Shown here: positions 29,906-43,512 of the stretch, piece after piece
Position numbering within the stretch: position 1 is the stretch's first letter
How the letters are laid out: every line of letters starts with the position of its first letter
Assembly: GCF_009914755.1 (NCBI RefSeq)
Contig: NC_060936.1
Strand: one strand, 5' to 3'
DNA from: the human T2T-CHM13v2.0 reference genome, Homo sapiens
Length of the DNA stretch: 64,000 nt
Position numbers and translations under genes: made by a program
The notes under the pieces: model-generated
What the model was told of the DNA's origin: nothing
The model's input: only the letters and a program-made list of their open reading frames with translations
Databases searched by the model: none

Positions 29906-31761
29906 ACATGTATTACATATGTGTTGTAAGAATGAAATGAACATATTTATGTTATATACACACAAATGTAAAAAATGTGTATATATAACATATGTAATAA
30001 TATATGTAATATACACACATATATAAATTATATATCTCTCTTATGTGTATATAATATATATTTTATATAGTGTATATATCTATGACATTTATTATTACAT
30101 GTTATATATACACGTATATATTTTACATATATGTTATATGTGTATATATATTTCATAAATATATTCATTTTATTCTTAAAACATATATATCCAAATTACT
30201 TAAAATATCATTATAAAAATAAAATATACTATCATTCAACACTCAATTCAGTTGGTTAAAAGTCAAAGGGATTATGATTTGAAACTCATTCAGAATAACT
30301 GTCACATATCTCTCTGAAGGATAGGTTTTCAATAGACATCAAGAAACTGAAAAATAAACACCAAAGACCCCTCAACCACTAAAATACTTTTGCAGACACC
30401 TTCCCTATAATTTCTATTAATTATCCTGCATAATGATTTCTAGTAATTACACAAAGTCCAATAAGTCTACAGCTTCTAGTTCTTTAGACTCTGGAATACT
30501 TTCATTAGATGCAACAAATTATGAATGAAAATAAGTCGAAGTAGAATGTTTACTTGAATTACATTTGGTAATAAGAATAGAGAGATAAATATTGTTATAA
30601 CCAATCAATCCTGGTGGGCAGGATTATTTGAGTTATGGATCTTGGGAAAAAATAACGATATACAGGTTGGATGATGTGACAGTGAGATGGTTTCTTATCA
30701 GACTGAGTAACTGAATTTGGAGTCACCTGAAGGTAGGTTATCAAAATCAGGTGGGGAAAATCTGGCTCAACAAAATCCCATGTTTAAAACAATATATAAT
30801 TTCATTATAAAATATTTTATTATTCTGCGATTTTGTCGTAGAAGAGTGATATGACTTGAGGTCTTCAAGTAGTAAGGTAATTTGGCATTCTAAAGCATAG
30901 AGTGATTTTAAAAGAGATAAAATCAATGTTCCTTTTCTGTTTGGGGAAGGGCTGTTTTCCAGTTCTGAGCTTCCCATTAAAAGAGGAATAGCAACAAACT
31001 TTTCCCCAATTTTCGAAAGCAAACTGAGATGAATTGATGTCAAATGGGAAACATTTAAAAGAACCAGCACCTTGACCAACAAAAATGTCAAGTTTTTTTG
31101 AATTAAATTCCATAAAATGTTATGTGCATTAAACATATGCTGTTAAAAATACAGATAATACACCACAGAAAGATTCTATAAAAATAATCATTTTTAAGGA
31201 TACAGTAGTGTGTTGTATTATACCTTTTACATTATGATAAAATTTACTTTTGCTAGATAATCTATACCTCAGTATGGGTAAATGATGCATTACTATATTC
31301 TATTGTCTGAAAATCCATCAAGACTCACTCAGGCAAATAGAAATGATGTTTACATGAATATAGCTATCACATCGCTGGTTATATGTAAGTTGGTGAACAC
31401 ACTAAATATATCCCCTTAAGTTTGGATTCCTTATTTTTAAAATAAAGCTTTTCTAGATTAGGTCATATTCATAGTTCCTGATAGCTCTGTTATTTTAAGC
31501 TAAATCTTAGTTCTAAGATAATTAATACTTATAAAAAAGTAATCATTAGCAAGTACAATATTGCAGACTTGTATTGAGTCATAACATGAAAAACTGACAA
31601 AATTTTCAAATTCTATTTTCTACCTTTTTAGTTTTTTCTTCAGAAGTAGTATGGTGCTTTCTTTCTATACTAATTTAAAATAAATAAACTGTCAGTAATT
31701 TAAAACATTATTATTCTGTTAATATTTGTTTTCCATTTTCTGTAACATGGTTAAGCATGTG

Positions 31762-31780
31762 TTCCCACAAGGTGGTGCTC
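31762..31780 (+). promoter_or_regulatory. Candidate CTCF motif TTCCCACAAGGTGGTGCTC
   Basis: Matches the CCACNAGGTGGYGCT core; motif only. Confidence 0.35.
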
Positions 31781-34551
31781 TTTATTTAAAAATTACAACA
31801 GGAAGCAGTTTTGTTCTATGTAAGCATAGTGCTCAATGATGATACAGATTGAGCATGATTTTAAGTCGCTAAATGAGCAGTGAAAATGCATTTATTACTG
31901 AAAACTTATTTTCATTTGATTTTTATTTTTTAAATGCTAAAAGTATAAAACATTTTGGTAGCAATTTCAGTTATTAAGAATTTAGAGGTTTTAAAAGTTC
32001 AGTGTTAAAACTGAATAGGAAAATGCATAGTAGCCATAAACAAAAACACAAAGGGAGGAATAGTAAAAATAAAATTTTGGCTGGAACAGAAATTCTTCTC
32101 TGGAAATAAAGAAAAGCTAGAATATAACATAGAAATACTATATTTAAACCTTCTAATATTAAACTAAGTACAGAGGAGTCATATACTAAGCACACTTTTT
32201 TAACCTGAATTTAGGTATTCAGAAGGAAAAGGAAATAAAGAAAGAGAGATAAAGGGAAAGAGAGAAGGAAGGAAGGAAGGAAGGAGAAGAAAGAGAAAGA
32301 AGGAACTTTTAAAAAGAAATTGAATAGTGGTATTAATTTTACTCATCATATTTTTCAAATATTATATTTCCTGACTGTCTGGTCCCTCAGTTCCTTCAAG
32401 ACTCATACAGTTTTACATCTCACCCTGCTGAGGCCCAACTTAATGTTCAATATTTTACATGATTTGCTTACACCACCCCTCAGCATAAACCAAATTATTT
32501 TTCTGGTAACCACCTAAAGGAAGAATAATATGCACCAATACTGAAAAAAAATAGATAAGAGTTTTATTTCTACTTCGGATGTAAAAAGTGTGAAGGGAAT
32601 ATTGATCCCAGGCTAAAAATGAGAAAGAGGTAGGTAATTCTGAAAAGTATTATTTTTTTCTTAAACATTCAGAAAGCTGAGTACTTAAGACGTCCCTCTG
32701 AGATGAACAAAATTCCAAAGGTTGACAAGTTCCTTTGAGGAAAGACAGGACACACAAACTGTTTAATTATCAGCAGAACATGGAGCCAAGTGAAAGCAGC
32801 CATAAAAGTGGGTAGTAGGGAGGCAAGTAACATTTTAAAAATTCTTAAGACCTAGCGTGGGCTATCATGAGAAGTCAGAATTCCTGAGGGCACCATTCCA
32901 AGGGAAGTCTGCACCTGCTTGGACACCAGCTCTTTTACAAGAGGGGTTCAGCTACTCCTGGAGACAGGTAGGAAAAGAGAACAAGACAATCTGCTGCTAG
33001 AGGAAGGGCAAGATCCTGTCTAGCATCCAACATTTAGTCCTGCTTTGATAACCAAAGCCATCTGCCCATGGGAGAGAGACAGGAAACCCTTCCATAAGAC
33101 GCAGGCAAAGATTGGCTGCACTGGCAAAGAGACAGGAGACACTCTTACCCCTTCCTCCTAGGCCAAGGTCAGCTGCCATGAAGAAAGGTATAGAAGTCTT
33201 ACTCCTCCAACCAGCCCTTTACAGTAGGAAAAGCCATCTGCTACTGAGGGAGGAGTAAGACACCAACTTAATTCCAGAATTCTACAATGATATAGTATAT
33301 TGCTACAGGGGAAAGGCAGGAAATCAGCCTGTAGAAACACCCAATCATTCAAGGCAGAGGTCAGCTGTCTTGAAGGAGGGCTAGAAAACTTGATTGCACC
33401 CTAGACCCTCTAGAGAACAGGAAGGGAAATGAAGAAAGACCCAGTGCTGAGGTTTGGTGCAGAGAGCCAGCATAAGACTGGGGCTGGAGGAGAACTATGA
33501 AGTTCCAATCTCCCCTTTCCTTTGCTCCTACCATGAGACTGGCAGTAAGTAGGAAGCCACAATAGTCTATTGCTAGGGAAGGCACAGGAATGCAAAGAGA
33601 AAGCCCTCACTCCTCTTTCAACACAGTCATGCAAAGTCTTCTGAAAGTTAAAAATGGAAGAGGAACATTTTGACAAACCCTCTGACATTGCAATACTCAT
33701 ACAAATTATAACATAGGCGCAGTCCATAAAAGGAAGAATTTTAAGCCTGTGTTTCACTGAATGTGTCCATAGTGACACTAAAGCCCAAATCAAGCTCAAC
33801 TACTTTCTGCTAACTCAAACTCCAAGTTACTGGCCTGTGAGATAAAGGGGAGTGGACATTCAGGAATACAAATATTTACCTCAGTGTCTTCTGTGTTTTT
33901 TAACCAATGCAATGTTTGGTATGGAAGGAAGGAGGGAAGGAATGAAAGAAGGAAGGGAAGGAGATGAAGGTGGGGGGAGGGAAGCAGGGAGAAAAGGAGG
34001 AAGGAAAAAAAGTTCTAGTGTAAAGCAACAAAATAGTCCATAGAACCAGAAACATAGAAATTCAGGATGATGACACTTTCAGGCAGAGATATGAAATTAA
34101 AAATTATGGATAATTTGAAGGAACTGGTTAAAAAAAAAGGGGGGGGAGCGTGTATAAACAAATGGGGAATTTCAACACAAATTTGGAAACTATAAATAAA
34201 AGAATCAAATACAAATACCAGAAATTAAAAATTAATTATCAGAGATTTAAACATTCCCTTAATTGGGCTTAGTAGCAGACCAGACATAGTAGAGGAAAGA
34301 TCAGTGAACTTGAAAATGGGTTAATAGGAGTTATCCACACTGAAGCATATTGAGAAACAAAATGGAAAAACAGAAAACAGAACATCTAAAAGCTGTAAGA
34401 CAGTATCAAATGGTCTTATATGCAAATATATTTTCCAAAAATAATGAAAAAAGAACAAATCATACATTCAAAAAGTTCAGAGAATTCTAAGAATGATAAG
34501 AGGAAAAGCGTAACCAGAAAAATCGTAGTAAAATTATTAAAAACCAAATAT

Positions 34552-34832
34552 GGCTGGGTGCGGTGGCTCACGCCTGTAATCCCAGCACTTTGGGAGGTCG
34601 AGGTGAGCAGATCACGAGGTCAGGAGATCGAGACCATCCTGGCTAACATGGTGAAACCCTGTCTCTACTAAAAGTACAAAAAATTAGCCGGGCGTGGTGG
34701 CGGGTGCTTGTAGTCCCAGCTACTCAGGAGGCTGAGGCAGGAGAATGGCGTGAACCGGGGTGGTGGAGCTTGCAGTGAGCCAAGATCGTGCCACTACACT
34801 CCAGCCTGGTCAACAGAGCAAGACTCTGTCTC
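34552..34832 (+). mobile_element. AluY whose poly-A tail is replaced by a TA-rich tract (34833-34957)
   Basis: gatcacgaggtcaggagatcgagaccatcctggctaac, gaatggcgtgaacc, gagcttgcagtg. Confidence 0.92.
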
Positions 34833-37029
34833 AAATATATATATATATAATATACATATAATATAATATATATTATATATACTATAAAATATATAGTATA
34901 TATAATATATAATATAATATATAACATATATAATATAATATATATTATATATATATAAAATCTTGAAGACATCATCAAGAGAAAAAGAGGAACTATGATT
35001 AAAAATTAAAGGAGGCTTCTTGTCAGAAGCATTGAAAGCTAGAAGACAAGGGAGCAACACTTAACCAAAAGGAAAAAAAAAACTCAATCTAGAACTCTAT
35101 AAATATAGAATATAATTTTATCCAGAATTACAGAAAAAGTATAATATCTCATGACCCATTATGTTTTAGTAAAGGAGTAAGGTTAGTTCAACAACTGAAA
35201 TCAATGTATACAATTCACTGGAAAAGAAAAATCACATTATTTTCTCAATCAATAAAAAGCAAGAAAGACAAATTAATAAAATTAAAATCAATTCATACAT
35301 ACAAAAAAACTTTTAGAAAACTAGGAATAGAAAAGAACTTGCTCAGTTTAAAAGGGGAAAATTATTAAAATGAAATGAAACACAACAAAGTATAAAATTT
35401 CACAGCTGACATTCATCTATGTAAAAAAAGCTATTAGAACTAATAGTGTATACAGTAAGATTGCATGATACAAAGTTAATATAAAAAATCAATAGTAAGT
35501 TGATACACTATCAACAAAAAATGGAAATTAAAATATTAAAACAATTTTGAGAAAATTTTAAAAGACCTAAATAAATGAGAGGATATTCCATATTCATGGA
35601 TCAGGAGATTAAATATGGGTAAGATATCAATTCTCCTTAAATTGATTTATATATCCTATGTAATCTCGGTGACTCTCATGCAGGGTTTTTTCTTTTTTTG
35701 TTTATGTAGAAATTGACAAGCTGATTCTAAAATTTACTCAGAACGTGAAGGCCTTTATTAAGTAAAACAATAAGGAAAAATAAGAACAAAATTGTAGCTC
35801 TTTCAAGGATTAGTATAAAATTGCAGTAATAATGACTCTATTATTGGCAAAAAGATAGACTTACAGATCAATGGAAAAGAAGAGAGTCCAAAACAGACCA
35901 AAACATATATGGTCACTTGATTTTGGCAAAATACTATGGTAATTTAAGGAAGAAATCATAGTTTTTTTTTAAAGAAATATAACTAGAACAATTGGCTAGC
36001 CATATGAGAAAAAATATTTACATGCCATACACAAAAATTAATCATTCACAGATCATAAGTCTAAATGTGAGAGCTAAATTCATAGATTCTAAAAGAAAAA
36101 GCAGGACAAAATCTTTGTCACCTTTATTTAGAGAAAAATTTCTATATAGGCCTCAAAAACAAGGAAAAAAATAAATTGGACTTAATCAAAATTAAAATTG
36201 CTCTTTGAAAGGCACTGTTAGAATAAATAAAAAGGCATGCAACAGATTCAGATAAAATATTTATAAAACACATATCTGATAATGGCTTTGTCCACTCACT
36301 ACATAAAAGAACTCTGAAACCTCCATAACAAGAAGATTAAAAAGTAACTTTAATGGGCATATAGACAGCCAATAAATGCATGACCACATGTTCAATGTCA
36401 TTACTTAACAAGAAATGGAAAGTGCAAACTGAATAAGATATGACATATCCACTAAAATGACTAAAATTAGGAGTGACAATACCAAGTGCTGCTGAGGTTG
36501 TGGATCAATTTAGAATTCTCATACATTATTGTTGATGATGCCAAATGACATTTCATTTTGGCAAATGTATGCCATTTTCTTACAAAGTTAAATATGCACT
36601 CATTGGAAAACATAGAAATTCTACTTGTAGGTATCTGCTCAAGAGGTTTTAATATATATTTGAATATTTAGAGCAGATTTGTTCATAATATCTGAAAATT
36701 AGAAATGGCCTTAATATCTATCAAATGGCAACTGGATAAACAAACTGCGGTATATGTATATAACAGAAAACTATTCAACAATAAAGAGGAACTATTTTAC
36801 ACTACTGATACCGCAAAACCATAGAAGAATCTTAAAAGCATTGTGCTAAGTGAAATAAGTCATATTGTGTGATTCCTTTGATATAAAATTCCAGAATTGT
36901 CAAAACTATCATGACAAAAAGTAGATCAATGGTTGATATGGTATTAGTGTCAGTATAGTCTGACTCAAAAGGGGCCCAGGGAAATTTTTAGGGCCATGGG
37001 AATGTTCCATATATTGATTGTCATGGTGA

Positions 37030-37377
<348 letters not shown>

Positions 37378-37619
37378 AAAATTGTGTATTTTTAAAAATG
37401 TGGATTGTACTCTTTCTCTATTGTACCTGAGTAAAAAAATTAAATATACCGGATAACTTGTACTATTAGTCTTTAACATGCCTTCTTTCTAAAGGATTTT
37501 CAGAAATAATTTGAGTATTTTTCATTTTTTTCTTAAGGCTTTCAAATAAAATCCCTAATGCATAAGAGCAAATCTACCATGTATAGACTTATATCCTATA
37601 GGAAATAAGAGAAAGAGAA

Positions 37620-38420
37620 TGTTCTGGAGCAAGGGAATGAAATTAAATGTATAATTTAGGGAGGTAAAACTAGATTAGTTTAGGGAGGTAAAACTAGATT
37701 GCTGAGGTTGCAGGGTAGGCACGGGTTGAAGTTTAGAAACCTATGCAATATTTCTCAAATAATCAATTTTTTCCTCTTTAATTCCAAGTGGAAGATTAAG
37801 AATCAAAAGAAATATTTGGCCTGAAGCCAGAGATTTTAGATTTAGCTACCTGCAGTGGAAGCTATGATTGTTCTTGACCACCGTAAAAATGTAGGTAGGA
37901 ACGAAGAGAAACATATGGCCAAAGACTGAATTTCAAGACAAGCTCACTGAATACAGTGGGAGAAAGGAGTCTCCAGGCAGAAATAGAACAGTTTTAAATT
38001 CTACGGAGAGGGCAAGAGAAGTGAAGAATGAAATTAGGTCACTGGATTCAATTATTACAGATACAGATATAATTTTCAAGCATTCTGTTTTAGATGGAGG
38101 TTAAAAATCTTTTCACATAAAATGGAGGGAATCATAGTTGAGAGACTGTAGTAGGAGATATAATGTACTAATTTGAGGAATCTGGCTATATAGTAAAGCT
38201 GTAGACCCCAACTGGGAGGATATTATAGTTTCATAAAAGGATCTTCAGCATAGGGGACATTCCAAAGCAGAGAAAAGTGAGTTAATGGAAAGGAAGAGAC
38301 TGCTGGAGGGAAAAGGAATATCTGAAGGTTTAAGTTCCCCCAAGGAGCTGGGAGATAAATGAGAGCAGTAACATGGGTAAAAACCAAGAGAGATGGAAAA
38401 ACTGTTCTAATCTATTAAGA
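37620..38420 (-). mobile_element. L2 fragment (old)
   Basis: Purine-rich; ggccaaagactgaatt; aggtcactggattcaa. Confidence 0.45.
37655..37700. repeat. 24-bp-period tandem duplication
   Basis: tttagggaggtaaaactagatt at 37655 and 37679. Confidence 0.9.
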
Positions 38421-38729
38421 TGTAAAACAGAGATTTATTCTTCCTGCAGGCAGAAACATTAACAAAACTTTTTTTTTCAAAAAAATTTGAGTAAATAGTT
38501 GAAAGTCAATGTATCTGTATTGTATTACACTTACATGACCAAAACTTAAACATGCTATTTTCTTTTTGTCTTTTCTTTTCTTACTACTCTCTCTTTCCCT
38601 CTACTTGACTCTTTCCCTCAAGGTCAGCTTCTGATGTAATGATTCAAAATTGTGTTACTTCAGTGGTGTTATGACTGAATGCTACAAGAGTCTTAAAGTC
38701 TTCATTATAGTTACCAAAAGATTATCACA

Positions 38730-39175
38730 AATCCTCACATAACAGTGAAATGCAAGTTTATTCTTACAGATGAGAAAACTGATGCTCTGTGAGAATAAGT
38801 GGCTTGTCTAAAATCAAAGAGCTCATAAGTGATAAAATTGGAATTAAACTCTTGGGTCATTTCTTAGGACTTCATTCCTATCTCACATAACCACAATATT
38901 CAAGAAATATTATCTGTTTTGTTCTTTCCTTTGGTATTATTGGCTTTTGAAGATAGCATCCCCTTGTGATTAATTACAAAGAGGAGTTTCCACAGTTGAC
39001 AGTTTTGACCAGCCAAAAGAAAACTAGTGATCTTAATTCCATTTCTGCCAATAACAAGATGCGACCGTAGGCAGGTTATTTGCTCTTTCTGAACGTTGAT
39101 TTCTTTATTTGTAAAGTAAGGTATACAGTTATACAGTCTGTAAGATCTTTTCTAGTTCTACATTTCTATGAGTCT
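38730..39175. mobile_element. Two MIR fragments: (-) at about 38730-38900 and (+) at about 39000-39175
   Basis: ttacagatgagaaaactga...aagtggcttgtctaa; gcaggttatttgctctttctgaac...tttgtaaagt. Confidence 0.55.
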
Positions 39176-39699
39176 AAAAGTAGGATGACTGTGAAAGACC
39201 AGTTCTACCTTGGAGATGAGCCAAATTTGAAATTGGCTATTTGTTTATAGCCTTCTTCACTCTTCACTTGGATTTTACATATAAATGCTATTTTTAAAAA
39301 GTCATACTAGATAAACTGGCTGCAAAATTTAAAACAGAATACCATTGAGGTTTTCGGCTCATGAAGCTATAAAAAGCAGTGTGAACTATAATTGTGGCCT
39401 TACAAAGTTATCATTGGCGATTTGCTTCAGAATTTCATTTCCATCTCATCTTACATAGTAAAAAAAACAACACAAAGACTAAAGACCCAGAAATCTCAGA
39501 GAGCTACTCAGAATGTATTGCTGAGGAAAATTTTCCCTAAGATATTAATTAGGTAAAAAGTCCTGAATGCAGTCATTTGACTAATTAATCCTCATTTACA
39601 TAAAAATAAATCAGTTATATCAATTACTGTGGGGCAATAGAATGTGGTTCCCCACCTCCCCGTCTTTCCTTCTGTAATATAAGATTCATACATTTTCCT

Positions 39700-40930
39700 C
39701 CTGACAGCTAGTTATTTAGTGTCCTTTACTGCACATTTTTCCTCTAATTTGCTTCATTGTTGGTTTGGTCTTAGATTTCTTTCCTCCCATCTTTCTACTT
39801 GCTCTTTGTAGATGGTCTCACTATTCCCATATCATTATATATTATTTACATACTGTTATCCCTGAAATTTACATCTCAATCCATATGAAGAATTCACCTA
39901 CGCCAAACTAAAGAACATTGCCCTTTTCTTCCCACTCCCAACCCCACCCAAATCTTTCTTATGTTCTCTGTTTTGGTAAATGTCATGAGCATCTATCCAG
40001 TAGTTCCCCAGACTTAGGAGCCATCTTTAATTTTCCTCAATATACGAATCCAACCCATCAGCAAGTCCCCAATTCTAACTTCATAATATATCTCAACCCA
40101 ATTCACTTCCCTACTGCTATGACCCTAAACCAAACTCCCACCACTTACCTGAACTCCTGTATTAGCCTAGCCCTTTACCAGATTCTTTTTGGTTCAGTCC
40201 TTGTTCTATTTCACTTAATTTTAAGAGCAACCAGCATAATATTTTTAAAACATAAATCTTGTCATGTAATTCCATAGTACTTCCACTTCCATCATTTTCC
40301 ATAGTACTTGGAATAAAATCCAGACTCCTACAGGACCTAGCATGATTAGCTGTTGCCTCTCACTCCAATACCATTTTATGCCACTTTGCCTTTAGCTCAC
40401 TACATTTCTGTCACAGTTAGATCCTTTGTTCCTTGTCTTAGTATCTTAGTGGTGCTGTAGCAAATTACCACAAATGGATCCCAGACATCCAAAACCAACT
40501 TGTCAGTAGATTTGTTTCCTTCTAAAAGCTCCAAAAGAGGATCTCTTCCATGCCTCCCTCCCAGATTCTGGTGGTTGTTAGCAATCCTTGGCATTCCATA
40601 GATTGTAGAGGTATCACTCCAATCTCTGTCTCCATTTCAGATGGCATTCTCCTGCACCAGTCATTAGATTTAGGGCCCAACCTAAATCCAGGTTGATTTC
40701 AAGATCTTTAACTAATGGCATCTATAAAAATCATATTACCAAATAAGGTCACATTCTGAGGTTCTAGGTGGATATAAATTTTGAGGGGACAATATTTAAC
40801 CCACTGCATTTCTTCTGCTATTTCATCTCCCTGATCTTCAGATGGTCCATCTTCTGAAAATCACTTCCTCAGAGAAGTCTTCCTTGATTTCCTTCCTTTC
40901 TTCATCATAGCTCCCTGCTGTTTCCTTCAC
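39700..40930 (+). mobile_element. L2 fragment interrupted by MLT1B
   Basis: tttttaaaacataaatcttgtcatgt ... gaataaaatccagactcct; tcacttcctcagagaagtcttccttga. Confidence 0.6.
40434..40808 (-). mobile_element. MLT1B-like LTR
   Basis: gctgtagcaaattaccacaaa ... gcaatccttggcattcc ... ccaaataaggtcacattctgaggttctagg ... aacccactgca. Confidence 0.8.
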
Positions 40931-41709
40931 AATGCCAGCCAAACAAGTATCATTTCAGTGGCATAGTTTGTATATAATATATGTATATGTGAATACATAC
41001 TAAATATAGATATGAGTAAACATATAAATATAGTAATATGTGCGTATAAGTGTATATACTTTGTGTTATCAGCTAAGAATATGGGAACATTTCTTAATTT
41101 AACTGTCATGGCATATACTCAAAAAAAGCCAGTAAACAACTGGAGTATTCAAGGAATGGAAAAAAATTAAAAAAAAATCATCTGTAGAATGAAAAGTACT
41201 AGCGAAGAAGAAAAAAATTTAAAAAATCTGTGGATTTAAAAAATAATAATAAAATGAGAAAATAATGTAAATGTAAAGAAAAGATACAGAGTGATAACAC
41301 CTTGTATTATATAAGATGTTGAAAAAAACATCTATTTTATACTGATTTTTTTTCTTAGGCTGAGAGATAGTAAGTCCCAATATTAACAAATGTAAAATAA
41401 ACAAAACATAATTGTAAGTAAAAACTGCGAGACACTTGATCACTATTTTAAAAGCCTACTAACATAAAATCCTAACTAATTACTATCAACGATGTATGGA
41501 TCTTGGTGATTTGTTTATAGAATTAAATTTCTGCACAGAAGAACAAAACAAAAAGAATTGCTTCATAAGTCTTCCTCCTAGCATGTTTTTCTGGCTATAT
41601 AATGAGTATATAGACCTAGCATTTATGGAATAAACCCAACTATCTCCTGAGGTCATATTCTGTGTATTGCTTCATTTAATTAACTAATTATAAAATAAAC
41701 ATGAGCTCC

Positions 41710-41893
41710 AAAGGAGACCGTAAGCTCCAGATCAGAAAGCAGCCACACCAGCACCTTAATTGCAGTCCATTAAACACTAAGCAGAGGATTCATCTAAGAT
41801 GTTCCCAGACTTCTGACTCCCAGAAACTGAGATTGTTATTTTAAGTCATTAAGGTTGCGTCAATTTGTTACGCAGCAATAGAAAATGAATACA
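41710..41893 (+). mobile_element. MLT1 LTR 3' fragment
   Basis: cagacttctgactcccagaaactgagatt...aatttgttacgcagcaatagaaaatgaataca. Confidence 0.7.
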
Positions 41894-41899
41894 CCTAAT

Positions 41900-43400
41900 A
41901 AAACAACTTGGGAAGCGCTTCTTCTTTTTAACTGTCTGTTAGAGCTTTTAATAGGTGGTATAATTCCTTCCTTAAATGATTGTAGAATTCACTGGTGAAG
42001 CCATTTGGTCCTGAAGTTTTCTTTGTGAGAGGAGATTTTTAATTGAAGATTTTTTCTTTTATGTGAAGTATCACCTGAATTTTTTATTTCTTGAATTAAC
42101 TTGGTTGAAGTGTGTTTTTCTAGGAATTTGTCCATTTCATCCACAATTTTAGATTCATCAGTATAAATTCTGTTGAAAATATCGTCTTATCTTTGATTGT
42201 CTGTAGGACCTATAGTGATATACTCTTACTGAGTTCTGCTATTGTTTATCTGCACCTTCTCACTTGTTTATTTGATGAACCCGCCAGAGAGTTGTCAATG
42301 TTAATTTTCCCCCAAAAATCAACTTTTGCCTTTATCCTCTATATTAAATATTCCAATATATTTTATTAATTTCTGCTACTAACACCATTATTTTTTTCTA
42401 TATATTTTAGGTTTTATTTACTTGTTTTTCCCTAGGTTCTTAGATTAAATGTTTATATAATTGATTTTTAGCCTTTATTTTTCTAATACATATTTTTAAA
42501 AATATATTATAAATTTCTCTCTAAGTTGGGTTTTAACTGCCTTCCACATGTGTCAATATGTAGTATCTCAAAATGAATCAAAAAAATTCTTATTTGTACT
42601 TGAATTATTTTTTGGCCAATGGGTTAATTAGAAGTGTCTATCTTGTTTTCCAAAAATTTTAGCACTTTTTAGTTATTATTTTTAAAATTTTCATGTTTAG
42701 TGTTAACTACTAGCTGAACTCTGCTGTTAAAAGAAAATGTATTCTATATGATTTCAATTCTTTGACAATTAATGTGTTTATCTGTATATGGCCTTCATTT
42801 GGTCAATTTGGGGAAATAAAGTAAGCGCTCTATATATGTCACCAAGGCCAAGCTTATTTATCACATTGCTCAGATTATTATCTTTACAGACTTTATATTC
42901 TAGTCCAATCAGATCTGCGGAGAAGTAAAATAAAATGTTCTACCATGATTGAGGCTTTTCTATTCTCCTTTTGATTCTGTTAATTTTTGTATGTATATTT
43001 TAAATATATGTTATTAGATGTATAAACATTAAAAATTTTTCTACCTACCTGGTACACCAACTTCAATATTGAAAGCTCTCTTTTTAAATCTATTATTTTT
43101 TGAAAGACCATGGTTATTGACATTAATGTAGTTATGTAGGCTTTTTAGTTAGTATTTTATGGTATACCTTTTCTATCACTTTAGTTTCAACCTTTATTTA
43201 ATTATCATATTTGTTCTCTCTTATCTGTTATTGTCTGTAGGATCTAGCTGCTCTTCTCGAGGAGTATCTTTGTGGCGTATTTTAGAATTTTTTTGTAAAT
43301 ACATGGTTTCAAAAACATTCTTGAATTTTATCTTGAATTGACCACTTTTCTACTTATATTTAATGCAATTTCTTACATGCTTTTGTTTAAAAGTTAGAAT
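41900..43400 (-). mobile_element. Old L1M ORF2 fragment
   Basis: tagaattcactggtgaagccatttggtcctgaagttttctttg; ctaggaatttgtccatttcatc; T-rich antisense L1 texture. Confidence 0.75.
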
Positions 43401-43512
43401 GATGATGTTGGTTGTAATCAGTTTTTATTTAAATTCTTGACCTGTTAGAGAATGGTGATTTAAATTAGGTGAAATCTAGTGTTTCTGAATAGGTGTATGC
43501 GGAAGATTTCTC

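Noticed and set aside
29625-29940. Three overlapping 91-103 aa ORFs (MYILYTY... / YIIYIHV...) and a superficially CRISPR-like array
   Set aside because: These are translations of a stop-free palindromic minisatellite. The units are directly adjacent with no unique spacers, there are no cas genes, and the sequence is primate.
30747-31136. 129-aa minus-strand ORF on the gene strand
   Set aside because: No recognisable homology, not PPFIA2 sequence, and no convincing flanking splice sites; expected by chance in 64 kb.
32267-32282. GGAA repeat as an ETS-fusion response microsatellite
   Set aside because: Only four consecutive units within ordinary purine-rich low-complexity sequence.
33410-33799. 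129-aa minus-strand ORF and neighbouring short ORFs
   Set aside because: They lie in the putative old L1 5' region and show no protein-family features.
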